Shown one piece after another: positions 9,598-18,981 of a stretch of 64,000 bases of DNA. Under the pieces are notes generated by a model. It saw only the letters and a program-made list of their open reading frames with translations. It had not been told where the DNA came from and searched no databases. Source of the stretch: a virus (Duplodnaviria; Caudoviricetes); IMG/VR virus record IMGVR_UViG_3300031555_004728, positions 128,001-192,000 of that record. The stretch is one strand, 5' to 3'. Numbering within the stretch: position 1 is the stretch's first letter; each line of letters opens with the position of its first letter. A program made the translations under genes and the position numbers.

Positions 9598-12500
9598 ATG
9601 AGTATATTTACTGAAAACGAAAGAAAATTACTTGAAAAACTAGATGAAAATATATTTGTAGAATCTACTGAAAAAGAAAGAGAAACCTCTTTAAAGAAAG
9701 CAGTCGATGTTCTTAAATCACTTGGTTTTGAACCTAAGATTTCAAAGAATGAAATGAAGAAATGGATTTCTACTAATAATTCTGGTATGTTCGGTGAAAG
9801 TTTATGTATATCATTAGGACAACTTAAAGGACTTCCTGATGTATGTACTAAAGTAAATAAAGAAATTAAACCTAAAGCACAAGTTTCTCCTGATAATTAT
9901 GGAACTATTTTTATCAGTATGAAAGAAAGTTGCTTTACTGAATCTTATATTGGAAATTTCTTTGTTAACAAAATACTTCTTCATAGATTAAGTAAAAATC
10001 CTGAACTTAATAGAAAAAGTATTATTAAGTTTATTAAACAACTTAAAATAAAATATGAAGATAGTTTAAAGACAGAAGAAGTCCAAAACTTAATGAAAAA
10101 AAGAGATGTTGGTGATTATTCTGTTCCAGAAGCATCTCTTAAATTTGATGATGGAATGGAAATTACATTTAATTTCTGTTATGATAAAAAATCTTTGACT
10201 CCTGGTGCTGCTTTTAAAAGTCCAGAAGGAAAATATTATGTTTTATTATACCCATTATTTTTTGAAAGTGAATTAGAAAATCAAATATTCACTGTAATGC
10301 ATGAAGTTGGTCATATTAGACTTGGTCATTGTGAACACAAGAACCAACCATTCAATCCTAGTTCAAGAGAAGATGCTATGATTAAAGGTAATGCTGTATA
10401 TTCAGAAAAGAATGCTGATTTATATGCAGCTTTAAATGGTGCTAAAATTTATACAATTCTTCAGGACAGTTTAGGTTCGGATTATAGTAGAAAGTATGAC
10501 TATAGACCTACTAATGCAGAATTATCTCAAAGATACACATATGTATTTAAAAACCTTAAAAAGTTAGGAAACTATAATGAATCAGTAAGTTATCAAGATG
10601 AATATTATACAGAATCTACTGATGAAATAGTTCCTGATGATTCAAAGATTGAAAAGGTATATTTCAAAAATAATGGTGAACATGCAAATGCATATGTAAA
10701 AGCTAAAGGAATTGATAAGCCTTTACGTGGAAGAAGTGAAGTATTAATCATTAATGGAGATAAAGTATACCTTTGCTTTAAAGATAATGGAGAGTATAGA
10801 TTACCAGGTGGTGGATGGGATGAAAATGAACCACATGAAAAATCTGCAATAAGAGAAGCTAAAGAAGAAGCTAAAATTAATTGTACTGATATTAAGTATA
10901 TTAGTTCTAGAATTTCTGTTAATGATAATGCTATTGAAAAGTGTAAAAAAGAAAATGTGCCAGAAGAAGATTGGTGGTATGGTTGGTATACAAAATTATA
11001 TGTAGCTGATTATTCTAAAAAATTTACTGGTTATGTTAATAAAGAAGACCGTGATGATAATATGGTTAAAAATGGTAAATGGTATGATATTATTGAAGTT
11101 TGGGATAAATTATACCCTGATCATAAAGATGCATTAAAAAGTCAAATGGTAATGACAATACTTCGTGATCATGGTCTTGAATTAGTTGATGATGATAGAG
11201 ATAATATCAAAGTTGTAAAAGAATCATGTGAATCAGATTTAACTAAATTTACTTGGTATCATGCTGAAATAGCTCGTAAAGGATTTAATCCTAAACTTGC
11301 TGGTGGATGGGATGAAGAGTTATATTCTAAATCTATTGAAATGTGTATTCATAATGATATTGAATCTAATTATCATTTTAAAGATTTAGATAAAACTGAA
11401 GCTCATTTATATACCGCAGGAGAAGAACTAAGACCTATATATCTTGGTATAATTACTATATGGAGAACTGAAAAAGGTCTTAACTGGGAATGGTCCGAAC
11501 AGCAACCAATTCCAAAATCAATGGTTTCATATATAAAAGAAGAAATTCATCCAAATCTTTTAAAAGAATCAGTTATGACTGAAGGTGTTATAAAATCATT
11601 ACTCAATTCAGATAAGAAAATAAGAGAAGATAACAAAAAGAAAATTAAACTAGATTTTCCAGAATCAAAATATAAAAATGGTTGGTATATATTAAATAAT
11701 GATATATTTTTACCATCATTAACAGCATCCTGTATAAATGATATTATTACAGATGGGTTTATAGATCGATATACAGAAAAAGATTTAAGTTTTAATCCTA
11801 ATGATGACTTACCTTCAAGATATATAGAATCTTTGAGTATAATAGGAAAAAATGAAATTTTAAAATATATCGAAAGTGATAATGGTGATTCTGGTGATAA
11901 TTATTATAGTGACTGGGAAAATAATAAAAATCACTATGTAATGATTTTACATAATGATTCAGATGGTGATATTGTTTATTGTAAAGAAACAAAAAAGACT
12001 TATGTAACATTTGCAAAATATGATGAAAAACCTATAGAAATATCATTAGATAAACTTATTTCTGACAGTAATAATTGTGTTTCAGACTTTAAAAAAATAG
12101 TTTCTGATAATAATTATTTTAAAGAATCAGTTATGACTGAAGGTGTTGTTTTAAACGATAAAGATATTTACTACAACAAAGCAAAGTTTGAATCTGGTGA
12201 AACTAATCTTTGTTTTATAACAGGTCACTCAGGTTCTGGTAAATCAACTATGGCACATGGAATGGAAAAAGTTGAAGTGTATGAACTTGATGATGTTATC
12301 TGGAATAAAGAAAGATATACAATTCCAGAATTTAAAGAGTATGGAGATTGTATATATTCATTCTTTAATGGAAGTGGTAAAAAATATTACTATACTGCAG
12401 AAGAAGTACGTGAAGGAAAACATGAAAAATTTAATGGAAACTATGAAGAAAGTTTAATTAAAGATTTTGTGAATCATGCTATTTCATATGCTAAATCACA

Positions 12501-14127
12501 CAAAAATATAAATGTCGTAATTGAAGGTGTGTGGCTCTATATGTTTATTGAACCATCTACTCTGAAAGATTATGCTGTTTATATTAAAGGAACATCTGGT
12601 ATCTTAAGTACAATAAGGGCTGCAAAAAGAGAAGCAAAAAGAGATGATAAACTTAAAGATAAAGTTAAAACTTTCTTTGGTGTATCTTTTGCAAATATAA
12701 AAGGTGATGCTGGATTTGATAATGATAACTTAATTGGAGTAGAAGGAAAAATCAAAAAATATAGAGATTATTTCTCTAGCCTTCAAAAGAAACAAGAAAA
12801 ATCATCAGTAGGAGTATTTAATGAAATGAAAAATGACTTTATTTTTGAAGCAGTTCAATGCTTTGATGATCCTACTATATTTATGGAATCATTCAAAGAT
12901 TCTATAAATGATAATGAAGACTGTTTTATAGATGCTTTAAGTACTTTCTTAGAAGCAACTAATAATACTCATATTATTATTGAAGAGATTTATCCTAGAG
13001 TAGAAGAAGTGTTGTCTACTCCAAATGGTGATAAATTATTCAAGAAAACAGTTGAAGAGTTTGTAAACAGAAATACTGATAAATTACATGAACCATGTCC
13101 AATATCAATGATTGCTTTTACTGATGTTGATAAGTCAAAATTCTATGCAATATTTGATTTTACAGAAAAAGAATTAATGAAAATTGTTGGTAAGGCAGTC
13201 TCTGCTGTGTCAGATACTGCTCAGTTCAGATTGGTTAAACAAAATCCAATTTTCTCAGTATTTTACTGTGTTTTAAGATACTATACACTTAAAAATGATA
13301 ATGCTGGTGTTAATACTACATTAATTATTCATGCATTAGCATCATACCCATCAGTATTTAGTAAATACTTTAAATATGGTGCAAATCCAGGTGTAATGAA
13401 ATATACAGCAGATCATTTAACAGAGAAGTTTATCTTTAAACAAGAAAAACATGTTTTTGGAGCACTTAAAAAATCAATTGATTCTGCATATAAATTCTTA
13501 AAACCTTACTTCAAAGAAGGTTCAGATAAAGAAATTATTAGATATATTCAAAGAATCAGAAATGACCAAAACTCAATGATTAAGAAAATAGCTAATGAAT
13601 ATAATAAGAATTATAATGCTGGAAAAACTGTAAGTACACAATCAGAATCATATGATACAGGAGCTCTTATTACAGATTATAATAATGATACTTCTAAAGT
13701 TGAAACTATTACGCATAAGATTATTATCAATCTTTTAACTAATGGTATTGATCTTAGAATACTTGAAACTGCTGGTCATATGGCTCAATTATCTGTAAGT
13801 GAGCTTAGACTATATCTTACAAAAATTCTTATTGATTCTCGTTCTACAGAATTAGAAGAATTTATTAATGCAGTTTTATTCATCTATTTATTTGATGAAA
13901 AACATGAAGTATCAGAAATAAAATCAAAAATGTTCTTATCTTATGGAATAGAGTTATTTAGAAAAACTAATTCTAATAATAAGAATATTGCAACTATTAA
14001 AGGATTACTTGATAAATGGGCAGAAGAAACTGGTATTCATAGTAGATATAGAAGAGAACCTACTAGAATATCTTATAAAAAAGGTATATACTGGTATATT
14101 CTTCTTACTATTCAAACTAATTCTTAA
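9598..14127 (+). CDS. Large multidomain head-type polyprotein: HEXXH peptidase-like, Nudix, P-loop kinase-like modules and a C-terminal helical domain
   Basis: MHEVGH; Nudix box PGGGWDENEPHEKSAIREAKEE; GHSGSGKST; modules separated by xxES/TEG motifs. Confidence 0.7.
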   Translation: MSIFTENERKLLEKLDENIFVESTEKERETSLKKAVDVLKSLGFEPKISKNEMKKWISTNNSGMFGESLCISLGQLKGLPDVCTKVNKEIKPKAQVSPDNYGTIFISMKESCFTESYIGNFFVNKILLHRLSKNPELNRKSIIKFIKQLKIKYEDSLKTEEVQNLMKKRDVGDYSVPEASLKFDDGMEITFNFCYDKKSLTPGAAFKSPEGKYYVLLYPLFFESELENQIFTVMHEVGHIRLGHCEHKNQPFNPSSREDAMIKGNAVYSEKNADLYAALNGAKIYTILQDSLGSDYSRKYDYRPTNAELSQRYTYVFKNLKKLGNYNESVSYQDEYYTESTDEIVPDDSKIEKVYFKNNGEHANAYVKAKGIDKPLRGRSEVLIINGDKVYLCFKDNGEYRLPGGGWDENEPHEKSAIREAKEEAKINCTDIKYISSRISVNDNAIEKCKKENVPEEDWWYGWYTKLYVADYSKKFTGYVNKEDRDDNMVKNGKWYDIIEVWDKLYPDHKDALKSQMVMTILRDHGLELVDDDRDNIKVVKESCESDLTKFTWYHAEIARKGFNPKLAGGWDEELYSKSIEMCIHNDIESNYHFKDLDKTEAHLYTAGEELRPIYLGIITIWRTEKGLNWEWSEQQPIPKSMVSYIKEEIHPNLLKESVMTEGVIKSLLNSDKKIREDNKKKIKLDFPESKYKNGWYILNNDIFLPSLTASCINDIITDGFIDRYTEKDLSFNPNDDLPSRYIESLSIIGKNEILKYIESDNGDSGDNYYSDWENNKNHYVMILHNDSDGDIVYCKETKKTYVTFAKYDEKPIEISLDKLISDSNNCVSDFKKIVSDNNYFKESVMTEGVVLNDKDIYYNKAKFESGETNLCFITGHSGSGKSTMAHGMEKVEVYELDDVIWNKERYTIPEFKEYGDCIYSFFNGSGKKYYYTAEEVREGKHEKFNGNYEESLIKDFVNHAISYAKSHKNINVVIEGVWLYMFIEPSTLKDYAVYIKGTSGILSTIRAAKREAKRDDKLKDKVKTFFGVSFANIKGDAGFDNDNLIGVEGKIKKYRDYFSSLQKKQEKSSVGVFNEMKNDFIFEAVQCFDDPTIFMESFKDSINDNEDCFIDALSTFLEATNNTHIIIEEIYPRVEEVLSTPNGDKLFKKTVEEFVNRNTDKLHEPCPISMIAFTDVDKSKFYAIFDFTEKELMKIVGKAVSAVSDTAQFRLVKQNPIFSVFYCVLRYYTLKNDNAGVNTTLIIHALASYPSVFSKYFKYGANPGVMKYTADHLTEKFIFKQEKHVFGALKKSIDSAYKFLKPYFKEGSDKEIIRYIQRIRNDQNSMIKKIANEYNKNYNAGKTVSTQSESYDTGALITDYNNDTSKVETITHKIIINLLTNGIDLRILETAGHMAQLSVSELRLYLTKILIDSRSTELEEFINAVLFIYLFDEKHEVSEIKSKMFLSYGIELFRKTNSNNKNIATIKGLLDKWAEETGIHSRYRREPTRISYKKGIYWYILLTIQTNS
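11563..12147 (+). repeat. 27-bp exact direct repeat (11563-11589, 12121-12147) encoding KESVMTEGV, bracketing a 186-aa module
   Basis: aaagaatcagttatgactgaaggtgtt occurs twice, 558 bp apart. Confidence 0.9.
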
Positions 14128-14384
14128 TAAAAAATAATCGTACTGTAAACAAAAGGATAATGAATAAAAATAGTATTCATTGTTAAAATACCATGGTTTA
14201 TACCTTTTTAGGTTTATTAAAATCATAATGTACATTACAAGAAAAATCCTCCATGAATATCGGTAAGTTCATGGAGGAGTCCTTTCTAGAAAATGTATGA
14301 AACAATGCTAAATATTTTTATTTTTTCCTTTCGTAGGTAAGAAAATAGATAGTAGGTCTTAAAAAACCTACTATCTATTTTATT

Positions 14385-14759
14385 TTAACTTATATTATCA
14401 CTAAGTTTTATAGCTGCTAAATATGTAGCATTTCTAATATTATATGATGCACCCGATAAATTTTGAAAACAGAAATCTTTACCATCTTCACCAACATCAT
14501 ATATTTTACTAAATCCTGATTTATTACTAACTACACAATATCCAAAATTTAGTATAGGATCAGTTATTCCATCTACCCATGCTACAACATCAAATCCATC
14601 AGTAATACTTTCCCCAACCAAATAACCTATAATTAAATATATTCCTTTTGATAAATGGAATTCACAGAATTTTTCATCAACCCCTATAGTTCTATTACCA
14701 GAATATACAATTTTACTATCACCAACTCCTAAATTTATAATTTCTTGTTGGTTGCAGTT
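14385..14759 (-). CDS. Silent tail-fibre tip cassette C6 (124 aa)
   Basis: NCNQQEIINLGVGDSKIVYSG...LSKGIYLIIG...LAAIKLSDNIS*; no ATG in frame. Confidence 0.7.
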   Translation of the reverse strand, partial: NCNQQEIINLGVGDSKIVYSGNRTIGVDEKFCEFHLSKGIYLIIGYLVGESITDGFDVVAWVDGITDPILNFGYCVVSNKSGFSKIYDVGEDGKDFCFQNLSGASYNIRNATYLAAIKLSDNIS

Positions 14760-14832
14760 TTGTTAAGTAAGATTTCTGTAATCTTCGATAATTCTCTAAA
14801 GATAGAGAAATTTAACTTAACAAAATTGGTTC
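14751..14832 (-). repeat. 82-bp repeat R6 (identical to R9)
   Basis: Direct sequence comparison. Confidence 0.97.
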
Positions 14833-14860
14833 ACCATATATATATATATATATATATATA

Positions 14861-15229
14861 TTAAATACCTATCACCATATAAAAGACTCTAAAAATATTA
14901 TTTAAAGCAGTAGACTCTTCAAATATACCTATTGTATTATATACTTTAATAGCAAATTTAGTTGTAGTAACTGATTGTACCTGTGCAGTTGAATAAACAT
15001 CTAAACTTGATTGAGAGTTAGTAGGATTAATATATTTAGTTACAAGTGTTACTGGTATATTTGTATACTCAAATGGAAAATATACTACCTTATCAATAAT
15101 ATATTCTGTTTTAAAAGTATCAATAACTGTATATCCATATATAATTTTAATACCATTCTCAAACTTAATATACCCACAAATTTCATTATCATTATCATTA
15201 GTACTATACTCTATAATTCGATTGCAGTT
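14861..15229 (-). CDS. Silent tail-fibre tip cassette C7 (122 aa; typical fibre C-terminal domain), start-less
   Basis: Manual translation NCNRIIEYST...GYIKFENGIKIIYG...VYFPFEYTNIP...VFYMVIGI*; absent from the ORF track because it has no usable start. Confidence 0.8.
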   Translation of the reverse strand, partial: NCNRIIEYSTNDNDNEICGYIKFENGIKIIYGYTVIDTFKTEYIIDKVVYFPFEYTNIPVTLVTKYINPTNSQSSLDVYSTAQVQSVTTTKFAIKVYNTIGIFEESTALNNIFRVFYMVIGI

Positions 15230-15302
15230 TTGTTAAGTAAGTTTTCTGTAATTCTCGTGAATTATCGATAACTAGAGAAATTTAACTTAACAAAATTGGT
15301 TC
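15221..15302 (-). repeat. 82-bp repeat R7 (core variant AACTGCAAT)
   Basis: Direct comparison; the change is synonymous (Asn). Confidence 0.95.
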
Positions 15303-15383
15303 CCCTCTCCACACTCCAATTACTTCACCATATATCCACTAATTATTCATTATTTTGACATTCGTATAAGACTAAATGAAAGG

Positions 15384-16574
15384 TTGATTATTATGGGAAT
15401 TGAATTAAACTCAGATCAAATCTTTGCATATTATGAAGCCGATAAATGGTGGCATTCTGCATCATCAGATCAAGTATTTGAAATATCTGGTGCTGCTGGA
15501 ACTGGTAAAACCACATGTATAAGATATATTTTAGAAAAAATAGGTCTTGATCCTATGAGAGAAGTTTTATGTGTTGCATATACAGGTAAAGCTGCTACAC
15601 AATTAGCAAGAAATGGATTACCTGCAGTAACAGCACATAGTGCATTTTATGAATTCAGAAAAGAGATTGAACGTGATGAAGATAATAGAATAGTTTTTCA
15701 ACCAAATGGTAAACCAAAATTAAAAAATGTCTTTGTTAAAAAAGAATATCTTAAAAAAAGATATAAAGCAATTTTAATAGATGAAGGTACAATGATTCCA
15801 CCTGAAATGAGGAAAGATATAGAATCTTTTGGTATTCCTATATTTGTACTTGGTGATTTAAATCAATTACCACCAGTATTTGGTAAACCAGCATTTTTGG
15901 TAGAACCTGATGTCATTTTGAAAAAATTGATGAGACAATCAGAGGATAATCCTATTGTATATATTGCACATAGAATTTTAGATGGTTATGATTTAAGACC
16001 AGGTGTTTATGGTAATAGTGCTATACTCAGAAAAAAAGACCTAAACCAATACCAATTAGAACATGCAGATATAATACTTACAGTAACTAATAGTCTTAAA
16101 CAGCATATAAATAAATTATTTAGAGAAGATTATTTAAATTTTCCAAGAATAGATTTACCTTATGTTGGTGAGAAAGTTATTTGTAAAAGAAATGACTGGT
16201 CAAAATCTGTAGGAGATAATTTATATCTTACAAATGGCACAACTGGCTTTTTAGAATATGTAAATAGAGAATCTTATAATGGTAGAAGTATTGAAGTTGA
16301 TTTTAGACCAGATTTTACTAAAAAGACTTTCAGAAATTTACCTGTAGATTATAAACATTTAATGACACTTGAAAAGAGTGACATGCAAAAGAAAATGAGT
16401 TTTGGTTTAAATTTATTTGAATTCGCATATGCAATTACTGTATATGCATCACAAGGATCACAGTGGAATAATGTAACTGCTTTAGCAGAATTATATGGTG
16501 ATAAAGATTTTCAAAGAAAAGTTTTATATACTATGGTTACTAGAGCAATTGATTCCGTGACGTTAGCAATTTAA
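15384..16574 (+). CDS. SF1B DNA helicase, Dda/RecD2-like
   Basis: GAAGTGKT, IDEGTM, LGDLNQLPPV, MRQ, YAITVYASQGS, YTMVTRA. Confidence 0.9.
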   Translation: MIIMGIELNSDQIFAYYEADKWWHSASSDQVFEISGAAGTGKTTCIRYILEKIGLDPMREVLCVAYTGKAATQLARNGLPAVTAHSAFYEFRKEIERDEDNRIVFQPNGKPKLKNVFVKKEYLKKRYKAILIDEGTMIPPEMRKDIESFGIPIFVLGDLNQLPPVFGKPAFLVEPDVILKKLMRQSEDNPIVYIAHRILDGYDLRPGVYGNSAILRKKDLNQYQLEHADIILTVTNSLKQHINKLFREDYLNFPRIDLPYVGEKVICKRNDWSKSVGDNLYLTNGTTGFLEYVNRESYNGRSIEVDFRPDFTKKTFRNLPVDYKHLMTLEKSDMQKKMSFGLNLFEFAYAITVYASQGSQWNNVTALAELYGDKDFQRKVLYTMVTRAIDSVTLAI

Positions 16575-16578
16575 ATCA

Positions 16579-16586
16579 TATATTAT
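16579..16586 (+). promoter_or_regulatory. TATATTAT early-promoter-like motif (representative copy)
   Basis: Also at 23148, 24263, 26699, 50221, 60937 (+) and 42919, 45639, 60896 (-), mostly upstream of non-structural genes; resembles the phiKZ early TATATTAC motif. Confidence 0.6.
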
Positions 16587-16656
16587 TTTAATGAATTAAG
16601 AAGATAGATTATATAGTCTATCTTCTTAATATTTTTATCGAAAAGGAGATTTAAAA

Positions 16657-16998
16657 ATGGCAACTGTAGATGTAGCACAATTTAAAGAAAACTTTCATGT
16701 TCCAAAAGAAAGATTTCGAAATATTATTGCTATGGAAGATTTAAGTAAAAATGAACTTAGAGTATTTTGTTATTTACTTACAGTCTTAAATGGTTATAAT
16801 AAAGCGAGACGAATGGGTACGTCTCGTGAACATGAAGACCCACAAAATTTCACTAAAATTCATACAAAAGTTATAGCAGATGAACTTAAAATTAGTGAAA
16901 AGAAAGTTAAAAAGATTATCAAGAAATTGAGAGATATTCAACTTATTGAAAAGGGTGATAGTCCTGCAGTAAAAGGTGGACATAGATTTACATTTTAG
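16657..16998 (+). CDS. Winged-HTH DNA-binding protein
   Basis: LSKNELRVFCYL...TKVIADELKISEKKVKKIIKKLRDIQLI. Confidence 0.7.
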   Translation: MATVDVAQFKENFHVPKERFRNIIAMEDLSKNELRVFCYLLTVLNGYNKARRMGTSREHEDPQNFTKIHTKVIADELKISEKKVKKIIKKLRDIQLIEKGDSPAVKGGHRFTF

Positions 16999-17008
16999 GA
17001 GGTATAAT

Positions 17009-17539
17009 ATGGGTGAATTGAATCATATTGAACATAGTTCAGAAGAAATTGAAGAATCTAAATTGACAGGATTTTTTCATGATTCATTAGTGCATACTAC
17101 AACAGGATTAAAACCTATATATCAAATAAATCCTGGCGATGTTGTATATTCAATTGATGAAAAAAGTAATAAAATTGTTGAACGGAAAGTACTGTCAACA
17201 ACAAGATATACCATTATTAGTAAATTACATCATTTACGAATCACAAAAGAATTATATGGTGAAATTATAATTAATCATTTATCATGTTTACCAGATACAG
17301 AATTTGGTGTGTATGATGATAATGGGAATATATATTATAAAATCCCTGAAGAAAAAGATATACTAATATCAAATAATTCTGAATCACCTTTTGAAGATAG
17401 AGAATCTATTGTAGATTTTAAATATGTGATTGATAAATCATATAATCCAAACTATCAATTAGTTATTGAAGGTGATAATAATTATTTTATCGGTTATAAA
17501 AAACGAGGATATTTAGTAAAAGGAGGAGTATTAAAATGA
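17009..17539 (+). CDS. Stand-alone Hint (intein-like) domain protein, catalytically degenerate
   Basis: GFFHDSLVHTTTGLKPIYQINPGDVVYS (block A-like) and YQLVIEGDNNYFIG (block F-like); ATG 17009 after GGAGG. Confidence 0.65.
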   Translation: MGELNHIEHSSEEIEESKLTGFFHDSLVHTTTGLKPIYQINPGDVVYSIDEKSNKIVERKVLSTTRYTIISKLHHLRITKELYGEIIINHLSCLPDTEFGVYDDNGNIYYKIPEEKDILISNNSESPFEDRESIVDFKYVIDKSYNPNYQLVIEGDNNYFIGYKKRGYLVKGGVLK

Positions 17540-17838
17540 AAATTACAAAAACATCTAGTATGGTAAATACTTACAAATCATATGTTAATAATGCAAATAT
17601 TGGATGTAATGTTTGTCCATGTTGCGGAGAAACAAGAGAGGTACAATTAGAAAATAATAAACTTGTTGGTATTGATGATGGTATCTCTTGTACAGAAGCT
17701 AAAGGATTTTTAAATATAAAAGTATACCATACAACATGTTATAAATGTCATACTTGTGGTGCACAATGGGAATCCGAACCATATTTATCAGAAGATGATT
17801 ATAATGCTGAGAAAAAGAAGAAGAGAAGGTGGTTTTAA
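17536..17838 (+). CDS. Zn-ribbon protein
   Basis: CPCCG...CHTCG. Confidence 0.6.
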   Translation: MKITKTSSMVNTYKSYVNNANIGCNVCPCCGETREVQLENNKLVGIDDGISCTEAKGFLNIKVYHTTCYKCHTCGAQWESEPYLSEDDYNAEKKKKRRWF

Positions 17839-17991
17839 ATGGAATCTATTACATTAGCAGTTGTTGGATTTGCATTTTTATGGTCATCTAAAAATACAAG
17901 TAGTAATTCTACTATTGGTAAACTGTTTGATGGTTTCGAAGCATGTATAGGATATTTTCTTTTAATGACATCATTACTTACTATAATATAA
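17839..17991 (+). CDS. Small membrane protein (50 aa)
   Basis: MESITLAVVGFAFLW...YFLLMTSLLTII*, manual translation. Confidence 0.5.
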   Translation: MESITLAVVGFAFLWSSKNTSSNSTIGKLFDGFEACIGYFLLMTSLLTII

Positions 17992-18007
17992 AAGGAGGAT
18001 ATATTAA

Positions 18008-18172
18008 ATGAGAGGATTCACATTAGCATTTGTAGCATATGTATTAATTACAATAGCAAAAAGTGTTAATACTAAAAAAGATAATGAAGTACTAAAAATC
18101 AAAGGACTACATATAGTATTAGCATGGATTCTTTTAGTCGTTGCAGTGGTTTTTGCTATACTTGGTATTTAA
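18008..18172 (+). CDS. Small membrane protein (54 aa)
   Basis: GGAGG SD; two hydrophobic segments. Confidence 0.55.
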   Translation: MRGFTLAFVAYVLITIAKSVNTKKDNEVLKIKGLHIVLAWILLVVAVVFAILGI

Positions 18173-18187
18173 TCGGAGGTGACAAAT

Positions 18188-18715
18188 ATGACTGGATTTT
18201 TAAATATCCAACTAGTTCAGACTGTAAATGGTATAATTAAAGCTGGGGATTTACTTCCAGGAATGGAAGTTTATTCATATGACCTAGAACAAAGAAAAGT
18301 AATTATATCTAAGGTAAAAAGAGTTTCAAATTTAGGAACTCAACATAAATTAATACATTACACTTTTGATCATGGTCAAAATTTATGGTGTACAGAAGAT
18401 TTAGAAATTGGTATTTGTGAAACTAAATACTATCAAAAAACTAAGGAGTCTGATAAAATACCATATTCAAAAACACGATTTAAATATATAAAAGACATCA
18501 ATAGACGATACAGAATTCAGACAAATATTTTACCAGAATATATGGAAGGGGAATTCCCGTCAGGTAATAAATTATTTAGATCTGAGATTGATGATGGTTT
18601 AACAAGTGATTGCTATGTATGTCAGGTCGTTTTAGAAGATGCTTCAAATTTATTTATCACGTCAAAATATTCAAAAGCGGAAGGAATCTTAGTAAAAGTA
18701 TTTCAGGAGGAATAA
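18188..18715 (+). CDS. Second stand-alone degenerate Hint-like protein
   Basis: GFLNIQLVQTVNGIIKAGDLLPGMEVYSYD...VCQVVLEDASNLFI; similar layout to 17009-17539. Confidence 0.55.
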   Translation: MTGFLNIQLVQTVNGIIKAGDLLPGMEVYSYDLEQRKVIISKVKRVSNLGTQHKLIHYTFDHGQNLWCTEDLEIGICETKYYQKTKESDKIPYSKTRFKYIKDINRRYRIQTNILPEYMEGEFPSGNKLFRSEIDDGLTSDCYVCQVVLEDASNLFITSKYSKAEGILVKVFQEE

Positions 18716-18718
18716 AAT

Positions 18719-18961
18719 ATGAAACAAGAAATTTCAGAAATTATTAAAGAATGGAAAGATGAAGCTGGCGTAAAAGATATTATTCTTGTTGGTGCCAGAT
18801 CATCATGTTTACGAACAATAAAAATTTGTACATCTAGACCTGGAGCAATGATAGGTTTAGGCGGAGAATTACATGACAAATATAAAGAAAAACTTAAAAA
18901 GGTAAACCCAGTTCTCGAACATATTGAATTTGTCGAGACTGACTCTTGGTACATAAAATAA
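18719..18961 (+). CDS. Small type II KH-domain protein resembling the ribosomal protein S3 N-domain
   Basis: IKICTSRPGAMIGLGGELHDKYKEKL versus the S3 pattern T-x-RPG-x-x-IG-x-x-G. Confidence 0.6.
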   Translation: MKQEISEIIKEWKDEAGVKDIILVGARSSCLRTIKICTSRPGAMIGLGGELHDKYKEKLKKVNPVLEHIEFVETDSWYIK

Positions 18962-18981
18962 AATAAAAAGGAGAAATTGAA

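Noticed and set aside
17009-18715. Active inteins
   Set aside because: No N-terminal Cys/Ser nucleophile, no terminal His-Asn and no host exteins.
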